From assembly GCA_963823665.1 (NCBI GenBank), contig CAWGMQ010000011.1, forward strand, positions 992,001 to 1,056,000: 64,000 nucleotides of DNA. Reading direction: 5' to 3'. The notes beneath the pieces are model-generated. The model saw only the letters and a list, made by a program, of their open reading frames with translations, ran no database searches and had not been told where the DNA came from. Made by a program: the position numbers and the translations under genes. Shown here piece by piece: positions 44,200 through 55,270 of the stretch (its first letter is position 1; every line of letters begins with the position of its first letter). This DNA comes from an uncultured Planctomycetota bacterium. Lineage in GTDB: Bacteria; Planctomycetota; Planctomycetia; Isosphaerales; Isosphaeraceae.

Positions 44200-44540
44200 G
44201 CCCGATCACGAGCCATGTTCTTGATACGACATTGGGCAAGCCCGCGCATGGCGTGGTTGTCATACTGGAGATCCGCGACGGGCCAGACCGCTGGTCCGAA
44301 CTGGCGCGAGCGACCACTGATTCGGCCGGGCGTATCGCCAACTTCGACCCGCCGGTCAAGAGCCTCAGTCGCCAGGTATACCGGCTGCGATTTGCGACGG
44401 GGGTGTACTTCGCGACGATGCACGTGCGCACGTTCTATCCGGAAGTCCACGTCGTGGTCGAGATCGACAATCCGTCCGAGCATTATCACATTCCGCTGCT
44501 GCTGGCCCCGTTCGGTTATAGTACATACCGCGGAAGCTAA
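44196..44540 (+). CDS. uraH: 5-hydroxyisourate hydrolase
   Basis: SHVLD...G.PA, FYPEV, HYHIPLLL, C-terminal YRGS. Confidence 0.95.
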   Translation: MSPITSHVLDTTLGKPAHGVVVILEIRDGPDRWSELARATTDSAGRIANFDPPVKSLSRQVYRLRFATGVYFATMHVRTFYPEVHVVVEIDNPSEHYHIPLLLAPFGYSTYRGS

Positions 44541-44569
44541 CGGAGAGTCTCGACGGAGAGGTGTGTGCC

Positions 44570-44917
44570 ATGCTGAAATTCACGGCCGAGGAATCAGGCA
44601 GTGTGATGGTTATCGCGTTCGAGGCGACCGACGAGAGTGCCGCCGACTGGCAGTCCACGCAGCGAGACTGGCTCTACAAGCTGGTCGAAGCGCGCGAGGA
44701 CGGCCGATTCGCCATCGACCTGAGCGACGTCAACTACCTGGCGAGCTCGGAGATCGGCTTCCTGATGACGCTGAAGCGAAGAATCGACCGCCGCCAGGGG
44801 AAATTCGTGATGTTCGGAATCAGTCCCTATCTTCTCGACATCTTCCGGACGATGAACCTCACGAAGATCATTGATATCGTCGCTGACTTGCCGGCGGCGG
44901 TGGCGAAGTTGGGGTGA
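44570..44917 (+). CDS. STAS-domain anti-sigma-factor antagonist
   Basis: IDLSDVNYLASSEIGFL motif. Confidence 0.85.
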   Translation: MLKFTAEESGSVMVIAFEATDESAADWQSTQRDWLYKLVEAREDGRFAIDLSDVNYLASSEIGFLMTLKRRIDRRQGKFVMFGISPYLLDIFRTMNLTKIIDIVADLPAAVAKLG

Positions 44918-44971
44918 GCGTCGGGCTGAAGAGACAATCGGTCGTGGGCCAACTGACTGGACGGATCAAAG

Positions 44972-45238
44972 ATGTCCTCTAGAGCAATGAATTATGGCGA
45001 ACTACACAGCTATCTGACCTCGCTGGGGTACCAACAGAAAACGGCACCAACTCACGTCGTGTACGAAAGGACCGGAGAGGAGCTGCCAATAATTCTTCCC
45101 AAGATCGCCAAAAAGAAAGCGGTTCGGCAGTCCCATCTCTTAGCGGTCGAACAGATTCTGGTACTCGACGGGGTGATCAAGCAGGGCCAACTTGCTTATT
45201 CCATCGGGCGAGCTTCGGCGAGTCGCGAAGGCAAATGA
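44972..45238 (+). CDS. Small HicA-like protein
   Basis: YGELHSYLTSLGY...THVVY...PIILP pattern. Confidence 0.55.
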   Translation: MSSRAMNYGELHSYLTSLGYQQKTAPTHVVYERTGEELPIILPKIAKKKAVRQSHLLAVEQILVLDGVIKQGQLAYSIGRASASREGK

Positions 45239-45388
45239 GAGCGGATCGCCAGGCCTGGCGTGCTTGCTCTGCGAATCGCCGGCTCTGGGTGCGCTGATGA
45301 AAAGCGGGCCGTATTGGCGAATTTCGAGCTGGACGATTCGGCGTTTTCTGTTGCGCGACGGTTTTGTGGTGGCGGCCGCTAGCACGGA

Positions 45389-45539
45389 CCCCCCCTGGCC
45401 CCCCCTTCTAAAGGGGGGGAAGCTTGGCGCAACATTCGCGGAGGGAAACCTCCGCTCGTCAATCTGGAAGTTTTCAACAGGCCACCCCTGGCCACCCCTT
45501 CTAAAGGGGGGGGAGCTTGGCGCAACATTCGCGGAGGGA
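45389..45539. repeat. Two copies (93-bp spacing) of a REP-like unit CCCCTGGCCnCCCCTTCTAAAGGGGGG...CTTGGCGCAACATTCGCGGAGGGA
   Basis: Direct repeat with internal C-run/G-run hairpin, between convergent genes. Confidence 0.8.
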
Positions 45540-45588
45540 GAGCACCGCTCCTTTGCTCCCGAAAGTCGACGCGGCAATCGCCAATGAA

Positions 45589-47708
45589 CTACTTTGCCCC
45601 CTTCTGCCGCACAGTTACCAGAATCGGGCTGCTGCAATACGCAGTTTTGACCACGAAGTTGATCGACACATGGCCCATGACTGTGATCGGAACTTTTTCA
45701 CACGCCGGCGCATTGGCGGCGGCCTCGATGATGATCTTGCCCTTGGTCTCCTTGGGGCCGAGCAAGGTCTTGCTGCCGGCCTCCTTCAGCTTCACGCCCG
45801 GGGGAAATGGATTGCCGTGAATTCCGCCCAGGTGCTGCAGCACCACCGCGAGGTTCACACCCTGTTCGTAGCGCGGATTGCGGGTGACCGTGATATTCAG
45901 GGGCAACGACTCGCCCGGCGAGAGCACCAGCTCGCGCGGGTTGCCTCGACGGTGATATCCGACGGGTCTGTCACCGCCAGCGCGAGTGTGCGAACGGGGA
46001 AATGGCCACGGCCGCCGCCGGGAAGATAGATTTCTTCGAGGGGAGAAGCCGTGCGGACGATCGGCCCGCCGGCAGCTTGTCCGGTCGCCTTGAGAGTCAG
46101 GAGCAGGCTTTCGCGCCGGACATCGGGGGCTGCCTCGATCACCATGACGCCTTCGGTCATCGAGGGTGGGATGACGAGCGGGCTTGCCGTGACACCTGGC
46201 GGAAGCTCCTGGAAATCGAGCCGCACTGCCCCCGAAAATCCCTGTCGCCGAGCCAGGCGCACGAAGAGCGGCACGCGGCCGCCCGGGCCGACGTTGATCA
46301 TGTCCGGGTCGCAAGTGACGGAGAAATCGGGAGTGGCCTGTTCAGCCAGGATCACGTAGGGAAGCGCCTCGCCTCCCCGGGCGTGGAGGTCGACGATTTC
46401 TACGGTGTAGATTCCGTCCGACGGCGCCTTCCATTCGATCCGCGCGTCCTTGCCCAGTCCGGGTGAGTCGTCCACTTCGGTGACAACGGCACCCTTCGAG
46501 TCGAGCAATCGAAGCACGGGGTCGCATTCCGAGCCGGCTCGGCGGGCCACTGCCTCAAATGTATAGATTGCATCCTTACGTGCACTAAATTTGTATCCAT
46601 CGCTCTCGCCGCGCTCACCAAGCCGGCCGCAGAGCGCCACGGGGAGGGTGATCGGGCTCGAGGGAGTGCGGGCGGCCGGGGCAGCGGTCGATTCGAGGGT
46701 TACCGGCAACGGAGTGACGACGAGGGGAGAAGGGAGAGATCCGGGTGACGATTGCGACAGCGAGAAGAGATGCGGGCCGGGGCTCAGATCAGGAGCGACG
46801 GCGAGGGAGACTTTGCTCGCGGGATTGATGCCCGGGCCGTGGAGCTCGAGCAGGGCTGTTCTGCCGGGGTTAACAGCGAGGGGATAGGCAGACGTCGTGA
46901 TGGGTCCGGTCGCGGCCAGCAGGGCGTAGGCCCAGGCAGGGTTGCCCGCGTAGGTCGTGTCGCGAACCTGGAGGTAGTAAGTCCCGGCCGCGGGCGCCTG
47001 GAAGGTGAGCAAGGGGTCTGCGTAGTGGTTGTTATCCGCGGCGGCGAGCTCGCGGCCGGTGCCGTCGTGCAGCGAGAGAATCGGGTCGAGGTGGGTCTGG
47101 AGGTCGTGGATCTTGTTCTCGAGACGGTTGCCCCAGATCTCGAATCCGACGCGCTGGCCTTTCGTCAGCTCGACAGCATACCAGTCAACGTCTTCGGGCT
47201 TGGCGATGCGGCCGGAAACGACGCAGGGGAGAGACAACATGTGTGCGGATGTGGGGCGATCATTGGCAATATCTGCGTCGAGGGTCTCGGTGACGACCGG
47301 GCCGTCGACAACGACGACGAGCCCGACACTCGAGACTCCCTGGGGTGTGGCGACGCGGAGCTCGCGGGGGCCAAGCGGTGCGTCCGGGGCGACGTGCAGC
47401 CGGGCGCGAACCTGGGCGGTCGCCGCTCGGCGGCCGCCACCGCCGCCACGCGCCTTGGTGCTCGGCTGGGCGTTTTCCACGTTCTGGATCTCGCCGCGCA
47501 GACCCGGTCCTTCGGAAAGCAGCTTCCAGGCCCCGCTGAAGTTCTCGCGGCCGAAAACGGTGATATCGACAGATTGTCCGCGGGAAACGGCGATCGGGTC
47601 GACGTAGAGAGTCATGGGATAGGACGTCTGGGCCCGAGCATCCGCGCAGGCGATCCAAGCCGCGATCACGATCGTGAACCAAGCGGCGTGAAAGACGCGA
47701 GTGCGCAT
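45589..47708 (-). CDS. Planctomycete PPC (pre-peptidase C-terminal) domain protein (frameshift ~45940)
   Basis: Signal peptide, GPRELRVATPQGVS, GRIAKPEDVDWY, DPILSLHD, DPVLRLLD. Confidence 0.85.
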
Positions 47709-47718
47709 GGTGCGCTTC

Positions 47719-49407
47719 CTATTTCTGGGAGACGAAAACTTGAAATTGACAGAATCGGTGGGCTCACCCTGCATTGCTCTGGCCACGATATCGGGATCGA
47801 ACGCATGCCGCGCTGGCAGCCGCAGCCGGGAGCACGACTCCGCCTGCGCGCCAGGTGAGCAATTTGATCAAGGATGCCGAGCCGGCGACATGGCCGCCGG
47901 GAGTGAGCGCGAGCCAGTCGATGCGGGCGAGCGGATCTTCATTCGCTGTCGCATCGAGGCCCGGCGGCTGGAGCAACGTGGCGGAGAGCTGGCCGGAGGG
48001 CAAATTCCAGAGGCGGACAAGGCCGTCGCAGCCGCCGCCGGCTGCCAGGTTGCCCGAGTCCGAGATGGCCGCTGCGTATTGCCAGTCGAGGGCCGGCATT
48101 TGTTTTGCGGGCTCGCCGGTCAAGCCGTTCCACAGACGGAGAGTGTTGTCGCTACCGCACGAGATGAGCCAGCGGCCGTCGCCGCTGAACGCGAGCTGAT
48201 GAACCGAGCCGGAATGACCATTGCGGCGCGACTGCGACTTGTCGCCGTCATAGGTCCACCAACGGAGCTGCGGCTCGCCGCCGGAGGAAACGAATCGTTT
48301 GCCGTCCGGATGAGCCGCGACGGCGAGGACCTCATCGTTGTGCTCGCTGTAAGTGCGCTCTTCCTTGGCTGTGCGCGTGTTGATGCGTTTGATCGTGCGA
48401 TCCTTGCCACAGGAAAGCAGCGAGCGGCCGTCGGGCGTGTAGGCAGAGCGAGTACACAAAATCGGAATGACCACGAAAGATCCCGTCGGCGCTTGCCGAG
48501 TCCGAGGTTCCAGAGGCGAACGGTCTGGTCGAAGGAAGCCGAGGCAAGCTGTGCGCCGTCGGGCCGGATGGCCACCGCAAAGACGGCGTCCGTATGTCCG
48601 GGGAAATCGTGGATCAAGCGTGCCGTCGGGCACGGAATAAACTCGCACAACTCCCGAGCGCGCCGGCAGGCCCGCGCCCAGGGCCAGGCGGCGGCCATCG
48701 CGGCTGAATACGAGGGAATGAACCGGGCCCGGGATCTCGGTAATCGCCCCTGCGGGCCCGCCGTCGTGAAGGTCCCACAAAACGACCTGGCCGTAGGTCC
48801 CGACTGCAAGCAGCCGCGAGTCACCGCGAAAAGCGAGTGCCGTCACGGGCGGTAGCGGGCCGGCCGCGAGGCTCAGCGTGAGAGGGCCACCGTTGGGTGC
48901 GACGGCACTTCCCGGTGGGACTTTGGCATCGCACGGCAAATTGACGTCTAGCGACCGGATGAAGTGCACCCGGCGCGGCGGCGAAACGGCGGCCGTTCCG
49001 GCCCGTGCCAGCGCTGTTCCTGCGGGCGCACCGGCGTCGATCCAGCGACTGATGAGGTCGATCTGCGCCGAGGGGAGAGGCTCTTCCCCGCGCGGCATGC
49101 GGCGATCTTCGTCAGGATCGGACAGTCGGCGCATGAGCTCGCTCTGGCGTGCCTTTCCCGGTGCGATCACCTTGTCACGCGGAGAACCCGCGAGAACGCC
49201 TATGAGCGAATCGAGTGCCAGGCCGCCGGAGATATCGAGCGAGCCACGTTTCGAGGCCCGGTGACAGACCGTGCACCGCTTCACGAAAATGGGTTTAATG
49301 TCTTTCTCATATGTAGGCGCGGCAGAGTCGTCGGCCCGGCCTGCGGCAGCGCAGCACATGCAGCAAGATGAAACCAGCCAGATGAGGGGCCGTTTCCAAC
49401 CGTGCAC
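47719..49407 (-). CDS. Planctomycete cytochrome c domain + WD40 protein (several frameshifts; 3' end approximate)
   Basis: CTVCH heme motif, GLALDS, RMP, WIDAGA; WD40 repeats spread over three frames. Confidence 0.85.
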
Positions 49408-49437
49408 GGGCTTGCTCCGCGTCAGGAACAGAGGAGG

Positions 49438-51943
49438 TCAATGGTTGAACAGGAACTCCTTGGAGTTCAGCAAGGCCCAGAAGAGATCCTGAGCGGCGAC
49501 GGCACGACTGGGGCCTTCGGCGAAGACTGACAATGCTCTGGAGGCTTCGCCTTCACTCGGCGGGCGGTTGAACGTCAGCAGGTAGAGCCGGCGCACGAGT
49601 GCTGAGTCGTCGAGCTTGGGGTCTTCGAGCAACCGCGACAGCCGGCCTCCCTTCTGGAGGAGCTTTCGGTTGAGCAAGTCGCCGTTCATCAGGTGAAGCG
49701 CCTGGCTCAAATTCGGGTCGCCCGAGCGCTCGCATTCGCACGCGATCGCTCGGAGGGGACGACCGAACGTATCCAGGAAGAACGATGCATAGTTGGTATC
49801 GGGCAGAGAGATCGCCCGGGTGCCGGAGGGAAGCTGGGGAAACTTTTCAACCGTGCCAGACGCCGCATCGATCGCGTCGAGCAACTGTTCGGCCGTGAGG
49901 CGCTTGATCGTGTAGTGAGTGAAGAATGAGGTGTCCATCCGATTTTCGGACGTCGGCATTGCACTCAGTTGATAGACCCGGCTGGTGAGGATCTGGCGGA
50001 GCAGCGCCTTCAGATCGAATCCCGAGGCGATGAAGCGGTCAGCCAGGGCGTCGAGCAGCTCGGGGTTTGAGGGCGGGTTAGTCTCGCGGAGATCGTCAAT
50101 CGGGTTGACCAGCCCTTTGCCGAGCAGGTAGCCCCAGTAGCGGTTGACGACGCTTCGGGCGAGCCACCTGAGGGTTTTCGGTGGTGAGCCATCTTGCGAG
50201 GGCGCGGCGGCGATCGACGGGGTCGTCGATGGGTTTGTCGCCCAGCGGCCGCGGTTCCATCTTCTTGCCGGTTCGCGGCTGATAAACTTCACCTTGCTGG
50301 GAGACGAAGATCACTTGATCGCCGCCGAAGAGTCCAAATTCGTCGCTTCGCTTGGTCCGTACGCGAGCGAAGTAAGCAGCCAGGGAGTAGTAGTCGTCCT
50401 GCCCGTATGATTCGAACGGGTGATGATGGCAACGCGCACACTGAAGGCGAACGCCCATAAAGACCTGGGCTGTCGTCTCGGCGAGGTCGTCGGGACTCGT
50501 GGCGACGCGAAAGTAGTTGGCCGGACCGTTGCTGAAGATCGAACCCTGGGCAGTCACGAGCGCTTCAGCCATTCGGTCGAAGTGCATGTTGGACCGAAAC
50601 GCCTCGCGAAGCCAGAGGTTGAACGCGAGCATACCCTGGGCGCCCAGCTTCTCGGAGTTGACGCGCAGCACGTCGCCCCACTTGAGCGTCCAGTAATCAA
50701 CGTATTCGGGGCGGTCGAGAATCTGATCCACCAGTTTGGGGCGCTTGTCCGGATCGGGATCCGCGATGAAATCCTCGATCTCGTCCGGCGACGGAGTGGT
50801 TCCGATTGTGTCGAGCATCGCGCGGCGGAGGAACTCCGCGTCGGTGCAAGGCGGCGAAGGGGCCAGCCCGAGCTCGCGCCACTTGGCGCGCCGCCTTCTG
50901 ATCGACGACGTTTTGCGACGGGAATTCAAACGGTTTTTCGCGCCGAAGGGCACGGTGAGCCGCGTCATGGCCGCGTGGCCCAGGTATCGCACCATGATGC
51001 TGGCCTCACCACGGCCGACGGTCTTGGCGATTCCGCCGGACCTGACCGTGGCGACACCTTCATTGAGCGTATCAAACCGCGCGGCATCCGTGACGTCTCG
51101 CTCGGTGCCGTCGCTCAGCCTGGCGATCACGGCGAGTCGCTGCTCCTGTCCCGGCTCGATCACCCGGGCATGGGGATAGACATTCACGCCGACGACCCGT
51201 GGGTCTGCCTCGCTCGGGCCCGGCGCGCCCTGCTTGAGCCAGAGCGTGATCAGCCGATACGCCTCTGAGCCCGGTTCGAGCCGCTTTCCGCCGCCGTGGG
51301 CCACGGCCAGCGTGGGCTTGAGCAGAATCAGGCTCTCTTCCGGTGCGAATGGCGTGATCCGACGCTGTTCTGCACTCTTGACGATCAAGGTGTAATCCGA
51401 TTCGGGCTCGAAACCCAGTAGCGAAAGCTTGAACCCACCCTTCCCGTGTTGAGACCCGTGGCAAGCTCCTTGATTGCAGCCGAGCCTGGTCAGAACCGGC
51501 ATGATCTCGTTGCGAAAGCTCACCTGCCGCGGCGCCCTTGCCTTGGTCACCTCGACCGGAACGTGCGCCAGGACTTCGCCCACTCGAACGGCCACTTCTG
51601 TCGTGCCGTCGGCCGCGGGTCGAAGCACTCCGTTTTCGATTCTGACGCAGTCGGGTCCCAGCGACTCGAGCCGGGCGTCGGCCGACCGGTCGTTGGTCTT
51701 GCCTTCGGGAGTGATCTCCAGCACCACCAGGCGCTGTCTCGCCTCCGGGCCGCTCAACCTGACCTTCGGCGGAAACACCTGGAGCCGAGCCGAACGGTCT
51801 TTTGGGTCGCCCGCAGCCCGGGCACCTCCGGACCACACCAGGAGCAACACGACGGCGAAACCGTAAACTGCCGGTCGAAGCGCACTGGCCGATGGACGGT
51901 TGGAACCATGAGGACGCTCGACATCGAATTCGCTCGCGGGCAT
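49438..51943 (-). CDS. DUF1549/DUF1553 protein with Ig-like domains (frameshifts ~50900 and ~50160)
   Basis: GCNQGACHG, FLRRAMLD, QCARCHHHP, VNRYWG, NPELLD, ACECER, terminal LNSKEFLFNH. Confidence 0.9.
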
Positions 51944-52191
51944 GGCGTGGCCCCTTCGTACCAAGGGACTTTACCCGAACCGAGACCTCACCGCGGATCG
52001 TGGCAGAGCATGTCTCCAGACCAGGCGATGAATCCCTCGCGGGCGGCGGGAATGGCTAAGTCGGTGTGGCAACGCGGTTTGAGCGCAGTCAGAATGTTTG
52101 ACGATCGCTAATCTATAGTTTAACAATGCTCTGTATGGCTGCCAAAAGCAAGACAGAACTGCGGCTGCCGCGGCAGATTCATGACGCCGTG

Positions 52192-53414
52192 TCAACGAGC
52201 GGAGACGCGCGTCGCGAGATCAGGGTTGACGATGCGCTTGGATTCTTCGATGTCTTCGAGCGCATCGGCCCATTCGTCGGTGCTGTCGCCGGGTGGGTCC
52301 AGAAGAATCCAGCCCCGGCGCGAAGACGGCGTCTCGCGCGAAGCCTCGCCTGCGGCGACCGCCAGGGCGATGGTGCGGCTGAGGGCGAGTGCTCCGCGGC
52401 TATTCAAGTGCGTCGCGTCGACGAAGCATTCAGCGGGGTAGCCGGCCCGGCGGGCGTCGAGCACCGTGAAAGCTCCGGGGTGCGCGCCACAATCGACTTC
52501 AGAAGCCGATCGTGGAGTTCATCGGCTCCGCTCTGATCGCGGCGCGACTGCAACGTGGGCGAGAGCGGACACAGCACCCAGTAGATCGGGATACGGCGGC
52601 CAGCAGCGAGCCTCAGGATTCGCTCGATGGCCTCGGCATTGGCCGGATCCACGTGAAAAATATCGGTGTAGAACGGCCGCTCGGCTTCGGCACTCAGCTC
52701 GCCGTTGTAAGCCGGTACGGCCGAGGCGACGTTCGCCCCATGGTTCACTGTCCAGTTCCGCCAGAGGACAGGATTGATCGAGCGAATGCGATCGGTCTCG
52801 CCCCGGACCGCGGCCATGACGGCGGACTGGATCTCCAGCCGAGCTCGTAACGACGGGAGGAGACGGCCGACGAGTGTTGAGGCAACGAATGGAGCGTTTC
52901 TGGTGATCTGGAGCATTTCCGGGGCATCGCGCAGGCCGAGCACCTCTTGCCAGGGCCGGGCATTGAATTCCGGGCCACCCAGGAGCACGGCGGGCTTGGC
53001 GTTGATGATCAGCGCGGCAGGCCGCGCACCGGAATCGAGTACTTGGCGAAGGAGGCAATACGTCAGAAGTGTGGACCCCCGCGCCGCTGAAAGGTTAGCC
53101 GCCTTCAAGCCGGACGTACGCTCGATGACTGAAGGAATCAGACCGTGCTTGACGAGGCTGTCGCCGAGGCAGAGGAGCTGGCTGTCGCGAGCCTCAGATT
53201 CAGCGGCCTTCGCGCTGTAACGCCAGCTCAGGCTGACCGGGTCGGTCAAATCAATCCAGTGACGGAATAGGAAGCCTTCGATCCCGATGACGAGGGCCAA
53301 CATTCCGGCTACCCCGCACGGGATCGAGCGCTGATTTCGGAAAGACAAATGAGCTCTCCCAGGATCGCTCCCGAATCTGGGGCGTATCTTGGGCGAATTC
53401 GGAGATTCTGGCAA
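52192..53414 (-). CDS. SGNH-like/DUF1574-like membrane-anchored protein (frameshift ~52470)
   Basis: TM segment, LCLGDSLVKHG, C-terminal FVDATHLNSRGA in the shifted frame. Confidence 0.7.
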
Positions 53415-53437
53415 GAGATTTCGGGCTCACGAACGCG

Positions 53438-53593
53438 CCAGAACGCGCTGGGCCGGCAATCCGCCGGCAGGTGGTAGCGCAGTCCGTCGTCGATATTCAG
53501 GTAGAGGTCGAAGCCGGTGCGAGGCAAGCGCTTGAGCTCGCGCTGGCAATAAACGCCGGCAGTTTCCGGCCGCAGGGTGGTGTCAAAGACGTC
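53438..53593 (-). pseudogene. Fragment resembling the N-terminus of a planctomycete glycosyltransferase
   Basis: VFDTTLRPETAGVYC...GFDLYLNIDDGLRYHLP...RPSAFW; no start and no catalytic domain; family recalled from memory. Confidence 0.5.
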
Positions 53594-53628
53594 GGTCCGC
53601 AAGTGGACGGTCAGGAATTCAGCTCATC

Positions 53629-53879
53629 TTCGGGTGAAGGCGAAGTTGGAGAATTCGGAGTTTGGTCCGCAGATGACGCAGAGGAACGCAGATAAATCAG
53701 ATGGAAGACAATTTCGGGCGAAGGCGAAGTTGCAGAATTCGGAGTTTGGTCCGCAGATGACGCAGAGGAACGCAGATAAATCAGATGGAAGACAATTTCG
53801 GGCGAAGGCGAAGTTGCAGAATTCGGAGTTTGGTCCGCAGATGACGCAGAGGAACGCAGATAAATCAGATGGAAGACAA
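53629..53879 (+). repeat. Three tandem 84-bp repeats, each containing GGTCCGCAGATGACGCAGAGGAACGCAGAT
   Basis: Motif starts at 53664, 53748 and 53832; copies 2 and 3 identical, copy 1 differs at two positions. Confidence 0.95.
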
Positions 53880-54080
53880 ACGGAACGGGCCCGCGCTGGA
53901 ACCGCTGATGGGTGCGGGCGGCCGTCCTTTATCGGGTCTCTTTTGGTGGGTGAAGCGCCGATGGTGTCTGCGGCCGTGCCGCGAGATAGACTGACGCATC
54001 GTGGTCGATCACAAACGTCTTCGTGTCGATCTTGTGTCGTAGCAGGGTCGACGGACTTATCGGAGTGGAAGCGTTTTCTC

Positions 54081-54524
54081 CATGATGAAGAAACGCGCGA
54101 TCCTCGGACTTATGCGATCATCGGGGCTGCGATCGAGGTGCATCGGAGGCTTGGTTGCGGGTTTTCGGAGCCTGTCTACCAGGATGCTCTCGAAGTCGAA
54201 TTTCTGCATCGGGGGATACCTTTCCAGCGTGAGCTGGAGCTGAGGATCGCGTATCGAGAGCAGATTCTACGAAGCTTCTACAAGGCCGATTTCGTGTGTT
54301 ACGGATCGATCGTCGTGGAGCTCAAGTCGCTCGCGGGATTGGATTCAGCGCATATCGCGCAGGTCATCAACTACTTGAAAGCCACGGGCCACACTGCGGG
54401 ACTGCTGCTCAACTTCGGCACATCACGTCTGGAATGCCGCCGGTTGATCTTTTCGGGACCGACGTCGGAGGTTCTGGACGAGACCGTCTATTCAAGGCCC
54501 GCAGACGACTTGAGCGAATGCTGA
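54081..54524 (+). CDS. GxxExxY protein (PD-(D/E)XK nuclease-like); start codon uncertain
   Basis: TYAIIGAAIEVHRRLGCGFSEPVYQDAL...ADFVC...IVVELK...AQVINYLKAT...GLLLNFG. Confidence 0.92.
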   Translation, partial: HDEETRDPRTYAIIGAAIEVHRRLGCGFSEPVYQDALEVEFLHRGIPFQRELELRIAYREQILRSFYKADFVCYGSIVVELKSLAGLDSAHIAQVINYLKATGHTAGLLLNFGTSRLECRRLIFSGPTSEVLDETVYSRPADDLSEC

Positions 54525-54555
54525 CGCGGCCGTGTCGCTCGAAAGTCAAATCCCC

Positions 54556-54658
54556 GGTCCGCAGATGACTGGCGATCGGCTCAGATCAAAAAACGAGTCA
54601 CTCGCAAGCGGAAGCGTCGCTTCGATTTCATCTGCGTCCATCTGTGACATCTGCGGAC
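54556..54658. repeat. Inverted pair of the GTCCGCAGATG motif downstream of GxxExxY
   Basis: GGTCCGCAGATGAC at 54556 and ATCTGCGTCCATCTGTGACATCTGCGGAC at 54630-54658. Confidence 0.85.
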
Positions 54659-54746
54659 AGTTCCGCCCTCCCCTGCTGCGCCAGCCGTCCGGTCATCGCA
54701 CGTCGACTGGGTCTACCTGTGGACGTCCGACTCGCTCCGAACGTTC

Positions 54747-55128
54747 TTACTCAGTGCCCTGACGCGGACCGGGCCAGTGCGGCAGCGCATCCTTCAGCGC
54801 CCCGATCGCCAGCGCCGGGCAATGCAGCTTATCCGGCGGCACGCCCTCAAGCGCCTCAATCAGACCCTCGACCGTCAGTTCCCGGCACTCCGCGATCGAT
54901 TTACCCTTGATCATCTCCGTCAGCATCGACCCACTCGCAATGGTCGGCCCGCAACCGACGGTGTGATACTTCGCCGCCACGATCCGCTCTTCTTCGACCT
55001 TCAGATAGAGGATCATGAACGCCCCTCGACCTGGCGCCGGCGTGGCCGGTCAGGTCGGGGTTCTCGATCGCCCCACCGTTTCGAGGCGACATGACGTGCT
55101 CGGTCAGCGTTTCGGAGTACTTCCCCAT
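54747..55128 (-). CDS. IscU/NifU N-terminal-like scaffold protein (frameshift ~55030)
   Basis: YSETLTEHVMSPRNGG, GCGPTIASGS, GVPPDKLHCPALAIGAL. Confidence 0.85.
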
Positions 55129-55251
55129 GCTTGGAACTTACGCAATGCGACTCTTGAATCCACGCCTCGCCGAACTAACTTGAAAATAGGTCTGACCACC
55201 GGGAGGGGTAGAGATTGGCGAATCGACGGCGCTCGCTCCGCGCGGGGACGT

Positions 55252-55270
55252 GCCTTCGCGGAGCGAAGGC
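55252..55270. repeat. REP-like hairpin GCCTTCGC-GGA-GCGAAGGC
   Basis: Perfect 8-bp stem; shares TTCGCGGAG with the 45.4-kb units. Confidence 0.6.

Noticed and set aside
53629..53879. CRISPR array
   Set aside because: Whole 84-bp units are near-identical, so there are no unique spacers; no cas genes in the window
53577..54080. 28-aa repeat N-terminal extension of the GxxExxY protein
   Set aside because: The frame stays open because 84 is divisible by 3; the same DNA motif occurs inverted and intergenic elsewhere, so it is more likely a DNA/RNA element
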